Sequence record: NZ_CP028352.1
Source: a plasmid
Length of the DNA: 64,000 bases
Direction: 5' to 3' (one strand)
This document shows positions 7,578-16,776 of the stretch, piece after piece. The notes under the pieces were generated by a model. The model did not search any database, was not told the origin of the DNA, and was given only the letters and a program-made list of their open reading frames with translations. The stretch's first letter is position 1. The number at the start of each line of letters is the position of its first letter. A program made the translations under genes and the position numbers.

Positions 7578-8654
7578 TTAATCATCATCCCATGCCTCTC
7601 TGCTCCCGCCGCAGAAGTCACAGCCAAACGCAGCACTGAGGTCAGGAACTGATGAACTATTGTAGGTGCAATAATCGCATGTGCTCAGTGATTTATGCAG
7701 CGTCAGGCAGGCTGTACAGAGATAGTTTTTACCAAACTCACATACTGTATCGTATCCATCACAGTCTGCGCATCCAGCCGGGACAGGGCTAAATATGCTG
7801 TTCTTTGTGAAGGGTTCGGTACTTATAGCGTTATACCTATCCAGTTCGCATTTGCAGCGAGAGCAGCAAAATTCTTCACCGTCCGCATGCATGACGTTTA
7901 ATTGCTGACAGTTCGGACAAATGACTTCCATATGTGCCTCAGTGCGATCGCAGACACAACACTGTTCCTGATAGAACCGCATATCGGGAAGAGGCTGGCT
8001 GCGAATAACCGCATCCTGGCAACAGATTACACACCGAGTAACGGAACGATTAGCCTTAAGCTCTGCGGCGATCAGCGTCTGCACACTTTCATGGCGGAAC
8101 TTTGCCCCGGCATAAAACTCACTGCTGCGTAGCATTCTCGTTTCATCCGTCGCCAGCTTCGCTCGTAATTGCCAGCCAAACAGGGATGACCAGTCCTCGC
8201 GCATCAGCCGGTTCAGCGCGAACCATGCATCCGCCTGCTCTGTCAGTACTTGCCGTTGGTCTCCTTCGCTAAGCTCATTGTGATAAAAGTGGACGACACG
8301 GTTCCGATGATTTTTAACTTTATTAAAAAGGTCAGCTGTCTTTTTGCTTAGCGGCTTTTCCAACACGTCTCCCAGGCGAGCGCAGGCCTCGTCATAGGTC
8401 ACTGACTGGAAATCCCCTGCCAGATATTTCTTGCGCTCCATTTTTTTTCCTGAGCAGGCCAACGTCCAGTGCTCATGAACCAGAGGAACCTTCATCAGGA
8501 TCTCTACGGCAGTCCAGAAGCTGACAACAGAAAATTTAGCCTGCCGCGACTGAAGCTCCTCACGCGCCTTATTCAGAAAATCGAGCCCGTTGGTGATTAG
8601 CGCCTCCGTTTCGGCTGTGAGCTGCTGGCCTTGTTCATCAGATTCGTCGTGCAT
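7578..8654 (-). CDS. HEPN-motif protein with a C-terminal multi-CxxC zinc-ribbon region (358 aa). Candidate RNase / abortive-infection effector.
   Basis: KNHRNRVVHFYHN fits the HEPN R[N]xxxH (Rx4-6H) motif in a predicted helical N-domain. The C-terminal 160 aa carry >10 CxxC pairs (CVICCQ...CPNCQ...CSRCKC...CADCDG...CTAC...CDYC...CDFC). Confidence 0.5.
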   Translation of the reverse strand: MHDESDEQGQQLTAETEALITNGLDFLNKAREELQSRQAKFSVVSFWTAVEILMKVPLVHEHWTLACSGKKMERKKYLAGDFQSVTYDEACARLGDVLEKPLSKKTADLFNKVKNHRNRVVHFYHNELSEGDQRQVLTEQADAWFALNRLMREDWSSLFGWQLRAKLATDETRMLRSSEFYAGAKFRHESVQTLIAAELKANRSVTRCVICCQDAVIRSQPLPDMRFYQEQCCVCDRTEAHMEVICPNCQQLNVMHADGEEFCCSRCKCELDRYNAISTEPFTKNSIFSPVPAGCADCDGYDTVCEFGKNYLCTACLTLHKSLSTCDYCTYNSSSVPDLSAAFGCDFCGGSREAWDDD

Positions 8655-8758
8655 ATTTTTCCTTCACTTTATTTGCCCTAGCCAAGAGGGACGGCAGCGG
8701 AATTTAATCGATCCGGCCGGGCATTGTGATACCACGAAGCCCGCTGCCTTCCCTGAAC

Positions 8759-10018
8759 TTATTCCAGTTCTTTATCTATGTCCTGCTGCATCCTTTCAAG
8801 GATTTGCGCGTCAATATTCTGTGTGAATAGCTGAACCTGCTGGGCAAGCTCGGTTACTTCATTTTGCCCGGTGGGTAACAGCTCACCATCCTTGTTCCTG
8901 CCGTTACGATGCACGATGTCATGCCGGCGTTTAACTGCGGCGCCCAGTAAGGGCAGCGACGACGGCGGAAACTCCGTCAGTAGCGTTTTGCTGAATATGT
9001 TCTTAGCCGTGTCCATTTTATGGAGTGACATACCGTCAAGCGCATCTTTGATGTCCGTATCGATGCGTGAGAGCTGATCATACAAATCAGAAATGGTAAT
9101 TTTTTTATCTTTGAAGGGTTGATAGCTCTCAACAAACCGCTGTTTAACCGTAGGGCGTGAGAAAATTTCGCGCTTCAGGATGTCACCCAGGTAGGCCTCC
9201 ATGGCAGTAATGATGCTGGCATAGCACATACTCTGCAGTGAGTGATTTTTTGGCTGAGAAGATGACAGATCCAAGATATCCTGGATTGATGCGCGGCAAT
9301 TCTTATGCGGCCACGTTTCCATCTCCGATATCTCTGCAACATCTTCAAAATTATCTTCATCATCTTCATTCAACAGCTCAGCAACATTTAGTTCGCAGAG
9401 CGCGCCGTCAGGACATGACGCGAGAAAAGCCACCACAAACTGCTCCCAGTCAGGCCCTGGAAAATTAAATACTCCGGTTGAAGGATAGTTACTATAGGTA
9501 GGAACATAACTAAGCATTGCGTTGACCAGAGGATTCTCGCTGAGATCGCTCCACCACGGCCCGTCGGAGTAATGCTCTTTAGCAGAATTTTTCAGCTCTA
9601 CGGCTTCCGGAAAAGCGGCAATCCAGTCGCGTAATTCCGTCTCTTTTACCGCCTTTACAAACTTGCTATAAACACGCTTATGTAACCTAGCGCGACGATT
9701 TCCCGTACCGGCTACAGCATATTCATCAGATTGATCGTTCAGTCTGTCTATCTCATTCTGCATCGTGCTGAGCATCTTCATCAGGCTCAGATCAAAATAG
9801 CGGTCACATTCATCCAAATCGTAACCAGCATGTGCCATACGTTCACGAATTTTCGCAACAGTGGTACGAAATCCATAGAAAAGATTGTAGATATTGGCAG
9901 CCTCGCCGGGCTTGGACTCAATAATCCTGTCACACTTCCTGAAGAACCAGCGGTCATACCTAATAGTAAATTCATGCACTTCAACACCGGCAATTATGAT
10001 GCCTGTAAAAGATGACAT
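8759..10018 (-). CDS. Hypothetical protein with a C-terminal HEPN-like motif (419 aa).
   Basis: C-terminal LGAAVKRRHDIVHRNG (Rx4H) in a helical ~150-aa domain. Same strand as, and immediately upstream of, the 358-aa HEPN/zinc-ribbon gene. Confidence 0.45.
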   Translation of the reverse strand: MSSFTGIIIAGVEVHEFTIRYDRWFFRKCDRIIESKPGEAANIYNLFYGFRTTVAKIRERMAHAGYDLDECDRYFDLSLMKMLSTMQNEIDRLNDQSDEYAVAGTGNRRARLHKRVYSKFVKAVKETELRDWIAAFPEAVELKNSAKEHYSDGPWWSDLSENPLVNAMLSYVPTYSNYPSTGVFNFPGPDWEQFVVAFLASCPDGALCELNVAELLNEDDEDNFEDVAEISEMETWPHKNCRASIQDILDLSSSQPKNHSLQSMCYASIITAMEAYLGDILKREIFSRPTVKQRFVESYQPFKDKKITISDLYDQLSRIDTDIKDALDGMSLHKMDTAKNIFSKTLLTEFPPSSLPLLGAAVKRRHDIVHRNGRNKDGELLPTGQNEVTELAQQVQLFTQNIDAQILERMQQDIDKELE

Positions 10019-10039
10019 ACATTTAATCCTTTATATGGT

Positions 10040-10792
10040 TTAAGGCAGCATGCGCAGCAGTTGCAGAGACGCTTCGGTGTCCAGGCTGAAGCGAACCTGA
10101 TGACTGGCAGCCACGTCCAGGGCAAACACCTTCGTATAAACTTCGGTTGATTCAAACTTCTCATGCCCCAGCAGTGACTGCAGCACCTTCGGCGGCACGT
10201 GGTGATAGAGCATGTGCATCGCGAAACTGTGACGGAACGTATGGGGAGAGATTTCAATGCTGAACCGCACGCCGGCACGGGCAGCTGCATTGATGGCGCG
10301 GTTTATCCAGTTCCTCACCGTGCGATCGGAGACGGTCCAGACCGGCAGAGCGCGGCGCTCGCCGGTATCACTGTCGGTCTCAAATTCTTCCCTGACGCTG
10401 GCGAACAGCCGGCGCATCTCATCAACGTAAGCCGGATCGGAAAGCGGCACAACACGGTTGGGACTGGTTCCTCTTCTTGGACGTCCGCTGCCGGCGCGCC
10501 GCTGCTTAGCCGTGCGGATCACCACGTGCGGGATGGCGTCGTTCAGGCGAAAGTCACGCCGCCGCAGCGCCAGGACTTCATTGAGACGTCCGCCGGTGTT
10601 CCATAAAGTATTGACCAGCGCATGCTGGGTCCAGTCCGGTATATGGTGAAGCAGGCCGGTGATCTCAGGTGCCAGTAAGTAACGGGGCAGCTCGGTGTAT
10701 GCGGCGGCCATGGACCGCAGCGCGAGCGCACGACCAAAATCGGGCTGTGCAGCTGGCAGCGCGACCTGAGTATTGACGGATGGTAGCGACAT
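10040..10792 (-). CDS. resD: Tyrosine site-specific recombinase, ResD/XerD-like (plasmid multimer resolution).
   Basis: C-terminal catalytic residues HTFRHSFA...LLGHEKFESTEVYTKV (R-H-R-Y). 250 aa, typical for plasmid resolvases of the integrase family. Confidence 0.7.
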   Translation of the reverse strand: MSLPSVNTQVALPAAQPDFGRALALRSMAAAYTELPRYLLAPEITGLLHHIPDWTQHALVNTLWNTGGRLNEVLALRRRDFRLNDAIPHVVIRTAKQRRAGSGRPRRGTSPNRVVPLSDPAYVDEMRRLFASVREEFETDSDTGERRALPVWTVSDRTVRNWINRAINAAARAGVRFSIEISPHTFRHSFAMHMLYHHVPPKVLQSLLGHEKFESTEVYTKVFALDVAASHQVRFSLDTEASLQLLRMLP

Positions 10793-11265
10793 AAACCCTC
10801 TAAAAAAATGACAGCGCTATGCAAAATCTGGCGGGATTTACCCCTGCTGCTTTCTCAGATTTCACACAGCGACGTCAGCTCCTAATCTGCCCATTTTCCA
10901 CTGTCTGACGGGGCCAGACCACCGGAAAAATCCGCTGAGTGGTCCTGCTTCATTTTCCGACTTCCGGATATATACCATAAAACGGAACAAAACAGCAGGC
11001 GGGGGATGGGCAGGGCAGATCCTGAAAAGATCCGGTTATGCCTGGATAAGGGGACCAGTGTGGTGATCGGACACCGTATGTTGTGGTCCCGGCCCTGAAT
11101 CGCCTCCTGACGCGGGGTTTCCGGTTATTACAGAAAACGGAAAGCGTGAACCTGAGAAATGGAACGCAGGTGATCACTAAGATAATTCTTAACAGCTTAC
11201 TGCGATCTGAGTAAAAATTGCGCTACTATAGGGCAATACCGCTAATCAGGGATAAGGAGAGAAGA

Positions 11266-13467
11266 ATGGCTGTGCTTACTATCAGGGGTGTCAGGAGTTA
11301 CGGTGCCGACAGAGACGTCCAAATAGATCTCAGCAACAAAGTTACACTGATTTATGGTCAGAATGGGTCGGGAAAATCAACTATCTCAAATTATTTTTCT
11401 GGATATTATCCGGAAAAGTACCGCCAGTGCCGTTTTGAAAGTCAGGTAGAATTGTTTCCGCTTGTATTCAATCAGGATTATATCGAAAGAAAATTTAGTC
11501 TTGAGAACGTTCAGGCAGGAATTTTCACACTCAGCGAGCACAATAAAGATATTCAGGAACAGGTTGAGAGTCATAAAAAAAGAATCGCTCGAACAGATGC
11601 AAAGGTAAGCGAACTTAACATTGAAATCGCCGGGCGGGCGGAAATGGAGTTGACCCTAATAAATAACTGCGCAGCCAGAATGTTTAAAAGGACATCCGCT
11701 GACCGGACTCGATTCACGTCTTTTCTTACAGGAGCGAAGCAGCAGAGAAATTTCTATGAACGAATAAATGATATTCCCCTCACAGTCGCACAACTGAACA
11801 CGGAGGAACTATCTGCCCGTCTCGAAAACCTGCAGAAAAGCAAAGGAACAAGTTTACCTTATATCAACATTAGCCTCCCAACACAGCTAAATCCTGATGT
11901 GATCCGGCTAATTCGTTCACCGCTTCAGCCCGCGTCGGGGACGCTATTTGCCGGGTTTATTGCAAATCTGGGAAATGCCGACTGGGTCAGAGAGGGGGTT
12001 CGATTTATTCATGACGATGTCTGCCCTTTTTGTCAGAACTCATTTGATGCAGCCCATTTTGCCGAAGAAATAGCAAGGATGTATGACAAAAGTTACACCG
12101 ACGCGATCGAAGTAATAAAAAAGGCAGCGGTAGAAGTAGCGGAAAATATTGAATATCTCAATGATCTATCGGAGAGAGTTTTCAGACACCCCGCGGTAAA
12201 CGAAGGTGCAGAAGTTCTCAGCTCACTCAAGTTACTTATTCAGATAAATCAGTCAAACCTTCAGACAATATTCAAGAAAATCGAAAGACCTTCTGAGATA
12301 TACGATGTGGCTGAAATTTCTGAAGCACGCAACAGCCTCATCAGCAACATAGATAAGATAAACAATACCGTTTCTGCTAACAACCAGCTGGCCGATAACT
12401 ACGATGCCGAAATGGCGAAGTTAAAGGCTGATGTCGACACGTATCTGCGCCAGATTTGCGACGAGTATCTTGTGGCACTTACGACTGAACTTCAGGAAGT
12501 CAGGGCTCAGAAAATAAAAGCCGAGCAACAAGCCTCAGCTCTTTTGACTGAAAGAAGGCAGCTCGGGGAGCAAACGTCACGACTTATAGGGCAACTTTCA
12601 GTCATTCAACCTACCATTGATTCCATCAATAATAATTTGAAAGCATTGGGCGTAACGGACTTCCATATATGCTGCCATGACGAGAAGATGAAACTTTACC
12701 GGCTCAGACGTACAAGCGATCCAGGAGAACGGGATGTATTCAGAACGCTGAGTGAGGGTGAAAAAACCATCATTGCGCTGCTCTATTTTATCGAATCCTG
12801 CACCGGCAGTGTTACGCCTGATGCCGTCCACGATGGCCGGAAGATAATAATTATTGATGATCCGATATCCAGCCTCTCACATAATTACATTTATGAAGTA
12901 GCCTCGCTGATAAAAAGAAAAATTATTAAACATGACATAGCCCGCCATCTGATAATCCTTACTCATAACCTGTTTTTCTTTCAGGAAATTTTGCTGACGT
13001 CAGTTAGAAGGCTGGAGAGTAAACTTGATGCCCCTAAAGGCTGGTCACTGCTACGTATTATCAAAAATGAGCACAGCGACTGTATCCCTTTATCCATGCA
13101 CGAAATGCTTAACGAGTATCAGGCTCTCTGGCAGACGCTCAAAGACGTGCAGGACAACAAGAGTCAGGTTATTGTGCTGCCAAATACGATGAGGAATATT
13201 CTCGAATACTATTTCAGCTTTGCCTGTAAAGAAGAAAAGCTGGAAAAAACGCTTGCCGCTCTGGCTTCAGAGCACGCCGAGGGCTGTTATGATTCGTTCT
13301 ATCGGGCAATAAACAGACATTCTCATTCAGATGGCAGAAACATTCTTTCTACAGGCATTATGGATAAAAGCGAATATTTCAGGCTTTTCAGAAAGATATT
13401 TGAAGAAATGGGTGAACTGGCTCATTACTGCTCAATGATGGACGAAAAACTGGAGGAAGTGATTTAA
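11266..13467 (+). CDS. AAA_13/ABC-type ATPase with a CxxC 'zinc-hook' and coiled-coil, RloC/PrrC-like (candidate anticodon-nuclease defence protein).
   Basis: Walker A IYGQNGSGKSTIS, D-loop IIIIDDPISSL and H-loop ILTHN. CPFCQ lies before a long coiled-coil segment. The C-terminal region has MRNILEYYF (R-x3-E) followed by EH/RH residues, as in the PrrC/RloC nuclease triad. Start chosen at MAVLTIRG with an AAGGAGAG SD. Confidence 0.55.
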   Translation: MAVLTIRGVRSYGADRDVQIDLSNKVTLIYGQNGSGKSTISNYFSGYYPEKYRQCRFESQVELFPLVFNQDYIERKFSLENVQAGIFTLSEHNKDIQEQVESHKKRIARTDAKVSELNIEIAGRAEMELTLINNCAARMFKRTSADRTRFTSFLTGAKQQRNFYERINDIPLTVAQLNTEELSARLENLQKSKGTSLPYINISLPTQLNPDVIRLIRSPLQPASGTLFAGFIANLGNADWVREGVRFIHDDVCPFCQNSFDAAHFAEEIARMYDKSYTDAIEVIKKAAVEVAENIEYLNDLSERVFRHPAVNEGAEVLSSLKLLIQINQSNLQTIFKKIERPSEIYDVAEISEARNSLISNIDKINNTVSANNQLADNYDAEMAKLKADVDTYLRQICDEYLVALTTELQEVRAQKIKAEQQASALLTERRQLGEQTSRLIGQLSVIQPTIDSINNNLKALGVTDFHICCHDEKMKLYRLRRTSDPGERDVFRTLSEGEKTIIALLYFIESCTGSVTPDAVHDGRKIIIIDDPISSLSHNYIYEVASLIKRKIIKHDIARHLIILTHNLFFFQEILLTSVRRLESKLDAPKGWSLLRIIKNEHSDCIPLSMHEMLNEYQALWQTLKDVQDNKSQVIVLPNTMRNILEYYFSFACKEEKLEKTLAALASEHAEGCYDSFYRAINRHSHSDGRNILSTGIMDKSEYFRLFRKIFEEMGELAHYCSMMDEKLEEVI

Positions 13468-14156
13468 TTCTGACTTTGGTTTGAGGCATCATCACCTGCG
13501 GGCACCATTCACTTAACGATTCGGGAGCGAGCGCATGTGCTTACGCACATGTTCTACGCGCCCGAAACGAAAACGTGTATACCGGATAACCGGAACAATT
13601 TTCGGTTTCATGAGGCTTTCCTTTTACAAACCGGCTACTGCCGGAAGTCCCTGTACCCATTACAGGCTGGTAATGATCCAGAGGAGAACGCCCGAGGTGA
13701 CGATGTGACTATCATACAAAAAATGGCACCAGGTGTCATAATCTTCATGCATTTTTTACACCAAAAATCTCACAGAAGTTCGGCTAGTGCTGTTTTCAAG
13801 TTCCGACTTTGACGGAAAACGGAAAAGCGGATTTCTCTAAAGTGATAATGAATGAAAAAAAACCAATCGGGAAAAATTTCGGATGAGTCGTAGATAAGCA
13901 GGTTAGTATCAGCCTGAGGTTTAAAGATTATCTGCAGCCGGAGGCAGTATTAAGGATTTGATATCCAATTCTCACTCTGTTAGGTTATCAGGCACATCAC
14001 TACTCAGTGATGTTAGCTCATCTAGATAGACATTAATTCGTTTACACATGGGCATATTACTTTTTGTAGTACATTCTCAATTAATCATATACCATTAACA
14101 ATATTATGGCTTAAGTGTTTTGCCAATATTTAATCATACTAAAAAAGGAGTTACCG

Positions 14157-15317
14157 ATGCCAAACAATTGCAATTACTTATATTTAGAAGACGAAGTGTC
14201 AAATTGCCATTCCTTCATATTTCACATGGAAATTGCATCTTATTTATCTGTTACAGAATATGCTAGACAATCCGGAGGGAACATTGACGGGCAACGCCCT
14301 GTACTAAAATCACAAAGTGCTCGAATAATAAGAGACCAGATGACTGCCGACTTTAGAAACGGAGGGGTTTTACCTCCGGTAGTAATAGGCATGGTTGATC
14401 CTAATTTCAATTTAAGCTCCATAAAAACACCAGATGATATCTATAAATACATTGATACTAACAGAAAGGTACTTTGCATTATTGATGGAATGCAAAGAAC
14501 AGAAGCTATGATTAATGCAGGAGTTACTGCGCCCAGAAATGTTAGGGTCGAGCTTTGGTTGGTTGAATCATTAAATAAGTTGATTTATAGGATGCTCGTT
14601 TTAAATACAGGACAAGTACCCTGGACAATGCAAAAACAACTAGAAGTTGTAATGAATCCTGTCATAAAAACAATTCAAAGCAAAATACCAGGCATTGAAT
14701 TACCCACTACTGAAGATGCACAAAGAAGAACACAGGCAGGTAAGTACCAAGCAAGTAAAATCATTGAATCATTTTTAGTGTTTGGAGCGCGTTCAGAAAA
14801 AATAAATACCCGTGATTCGATCGCTGAAGAATATGCAAAGTTGGATTTTATAGAATCCTCATCAAAACAAGAACTATTAGACACTTATATTGATTTCCTT
14901 CGTAGAATTTATGAACTTGATGTCCAGCTTTGTAGAATTAATAAAGATAACTCAACTAGTGGAAAATTCAAAAAAGGTTCCGATATTTTAGGAAGCCAAC
15001 CTGCATTAATAGGGATTACAACAGCATTTGCTATAAAAATCCTTGGCCGGCCTAAATTGGACTTATCTGCAGAACAGCAAAACAAGAACAAGATAAGTAT
15101 ACTTTCAAATTTTGATCGATTTATTGTGCGTCTTGAATCAATGAATGAGCAAGAATTAACGGAATTCGTAAACTTAGAGGCGCTAAATTCAATGAGTCCA
15201 TCATCAGCTTCTACTAAGGTTGGTGACCAAGAAAGACAATTCTTTAAGGGGGCGTTTAATGTCTTGCTTGAGGATGAATTTAATGTTCCGAATATGGATG
15301 TATGTTGGGGTCACTAA
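14157..15317 (+). CDS. DGQHR-domain protein (DndB/ParB-nuclease-like superfamily), 386 aa, in AT-rich DNA.
   Basis: Motif VLCIIDGMQRTEAMI (DGxQR). AAGGAG SD 8 nt upstream of MPNNCNY. GC content is far below the flanking DNA, which indicates a foreign origin. Confidence 0.5.
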   Translation: MPNNCNYLYLEDEVSNCHSFIFHMEIASYLSVTEYARQSGGNIDGQRPVLKSQSARIIRDQMTADFRNGGVLPPVVIGMVDPNFNLSSIKTPDDIYKYIDTNRKVLCIIDGMQRTEAMINAGVTAPRNVRVELWLVESLNKLIYRMLVLNTGQVPWTMQKQLEVVMNPVIKTIQSKIPGIELPTTEDAQRRTQAGKYQASKIIESFLVFGARSEKINTRDSIAEEYAKLDFIESSSKQELLDTYIDFLRRIYELDVQLCRINKDNSTSGKFKKGSDILGSQPALIGITTAFAIKILGRPKLDLSAEQQNKNKISILSNFDRFIVRLESMNEQELTEFVNLEALNSMSPSSASTKVGDQERQFFKGAFNVLLEDEFNVPNMDVCWGH

Positions 15318-15318
15318 A

Positions 15319-16572
15319 ATGCATGAACATATTGAAGCATGTAGCTCTATAGCTAACTTACTAAATTTCAAACACTTTTACTCTGCTGAACAAGAAAGTA
15401 GAAGCATGACTAAAAGAAATCAAGTATTATTTGATAGTTTGAAAAACCTGTCTGAAGAAAACGGTTTTAACAAAAAGGAATATCCCTATCATGAAAAAAT
15501 ATGCATAGCAACAAATGATTCTGAAAAAGATTGGCTTAAAAATATCTCCTCCAGTGAAAAGGTATGTGCTGCTGATTTTGAAATAGTTAATGTTGGAAAT
15601 TGTTTTTCTGTATCCTACTTTTACTATTCCAGTGAAAAATACTTAATTGTTTCTGGCTTGAATGATGTATCCCTTGATGAGGGATTTGAATTTGAAGCGA
15701 TAAATTCAGGGGTTTTTACTTTATTTTCATCATTAAACTTAATCAAGTTTAAAAACATTAGCAATAATATAAGCAAAGTATATAACGAAATACTTAACAA
15801 AGATCCAGATTTAGCCGACCCTAAATTTGTGGATTTGAATAATATAATTAGTTATTTCGAGCCTACATATATATGCAAAATTAATAAAGAAGCTATATTC
15901 TATGAATTACAATTAGACCGTATAGCGGCTTATATTACAATGGCAATCACAAAAGATAACTACCCGACTGATATCCCTGTATTTAGTTTAATTAAAGATC
16001 TAATAATAACAGGAGAGCGTAGTATTAATTTCTCATATCTAGCTAAAGCAATATTTATTAAGGATGAGCCTTATTTGCTTTTTATGGAACTTTACAGAAT
16101 GCTGGAGAGAATATATGCAATTCCAACCATAAAAGCTCTTAAACATGAGTTGTGCATTGGAATGGATAGCCATTGGGAAATTATAAGCTCAATAGAAAAA
16201 ACCACTGGGTGGCGAAAGAAAGAGAACGAAGGGCTATATACACTACTATCACAATTAGAATACTCAATTCTTAATGACGCCTACAACACCTTGAATAAAA
16301 ACCATGGGGATTATTTCAACAATAGCTTAGTCATTAAAAAGCAAAAATTATTGCAAGATCTTGATATTAAGAGTGAATCTTATTCAAGTGCTTGCAGGGA
16401 GCTGGAAGAAGCTATAAAAGTTTGCCTTAGAGATTATATATATAAAACAAGAAATTCTTATGTGCATTATAGAGAGGCTTTAGAATCACAACTGGATCAG
16501 GGAAAAATACATTCTCTATGCGAGTCTTTATTAATGATAATTAATCCTATATATGTGAAGTTGGGAGTATGA
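15319..16572 (+). CDS. Hypothetical protein (417 aa) translationally coupled to the DGQHR gene; a possible C-terminal HEPN-like RNxxxH motif.
   Basis: The start is 2 nt after the upstream stop. IYKTRNSYVHYRE lies near the C-terminus. Very AT-rich. No other recognisable motif. Confidence 0.45.
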   Translation: MHEHIEACSSIANLLNFKHFYSAEQESRSMTKRNQVLFDSLKNLSEENGFNKKEYPYHEKICIATNDSEKDWLKNISSSEKVCAADFEIVNVGNCFSVSYFYYSSEKYLIVSGLNDVSLDEGFEFEAINSGVFTLFSSLNLIKFKNISNNISKVYNEILNKDPDLADPKFVDLNNIISYFEPTYICKINKEAIFYELQLDRIAAYITMAITKDNYPTDIPVFSLIKDLIITGERSINFSYLAKAIFIKDEPYLLFMELYRMLERIYAIPTIKALKHELCIGMDSHWEIISSIEKTTGWRKKENEGLYTLLSQLEYSILNDAYNTLNKNHGDYFNNSLVIKKQKLLQDLDIKSESYSSACRELEEAIKVCLRDYIYKTRNSYVHYREALESQLDQGKIHSLCESLLMIINPIYVKLGV

Positions 16573-16776
16573 TTTTAAAGCATATTTCATATATTGTGAT
16601 TATATCCCTGATTAAAACTAGCCTTTGTTAGTAACATTCGCATGTTGTACGTTTAAAACGTTTAGCGACTCCAGAAACAAAGGCCCCCCATGAGCGAGTT
16701 ATGTACTTTAACTTAAGGAATTTTCCGTTTAAATAGGTTGTCCGTGAAGCCCGCTTTGCATAAAAAGGAGATCAAC

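Noticed and set aside
13537-13812. 91-aa ORF in the AT-rich spacer before the DGQHR gene
   Set aside because: It has no RBS, lies in a compositionally intergenic region, and its translation is low-complexity. It is more likely promoter/UTR DNA of the acquired cassette.
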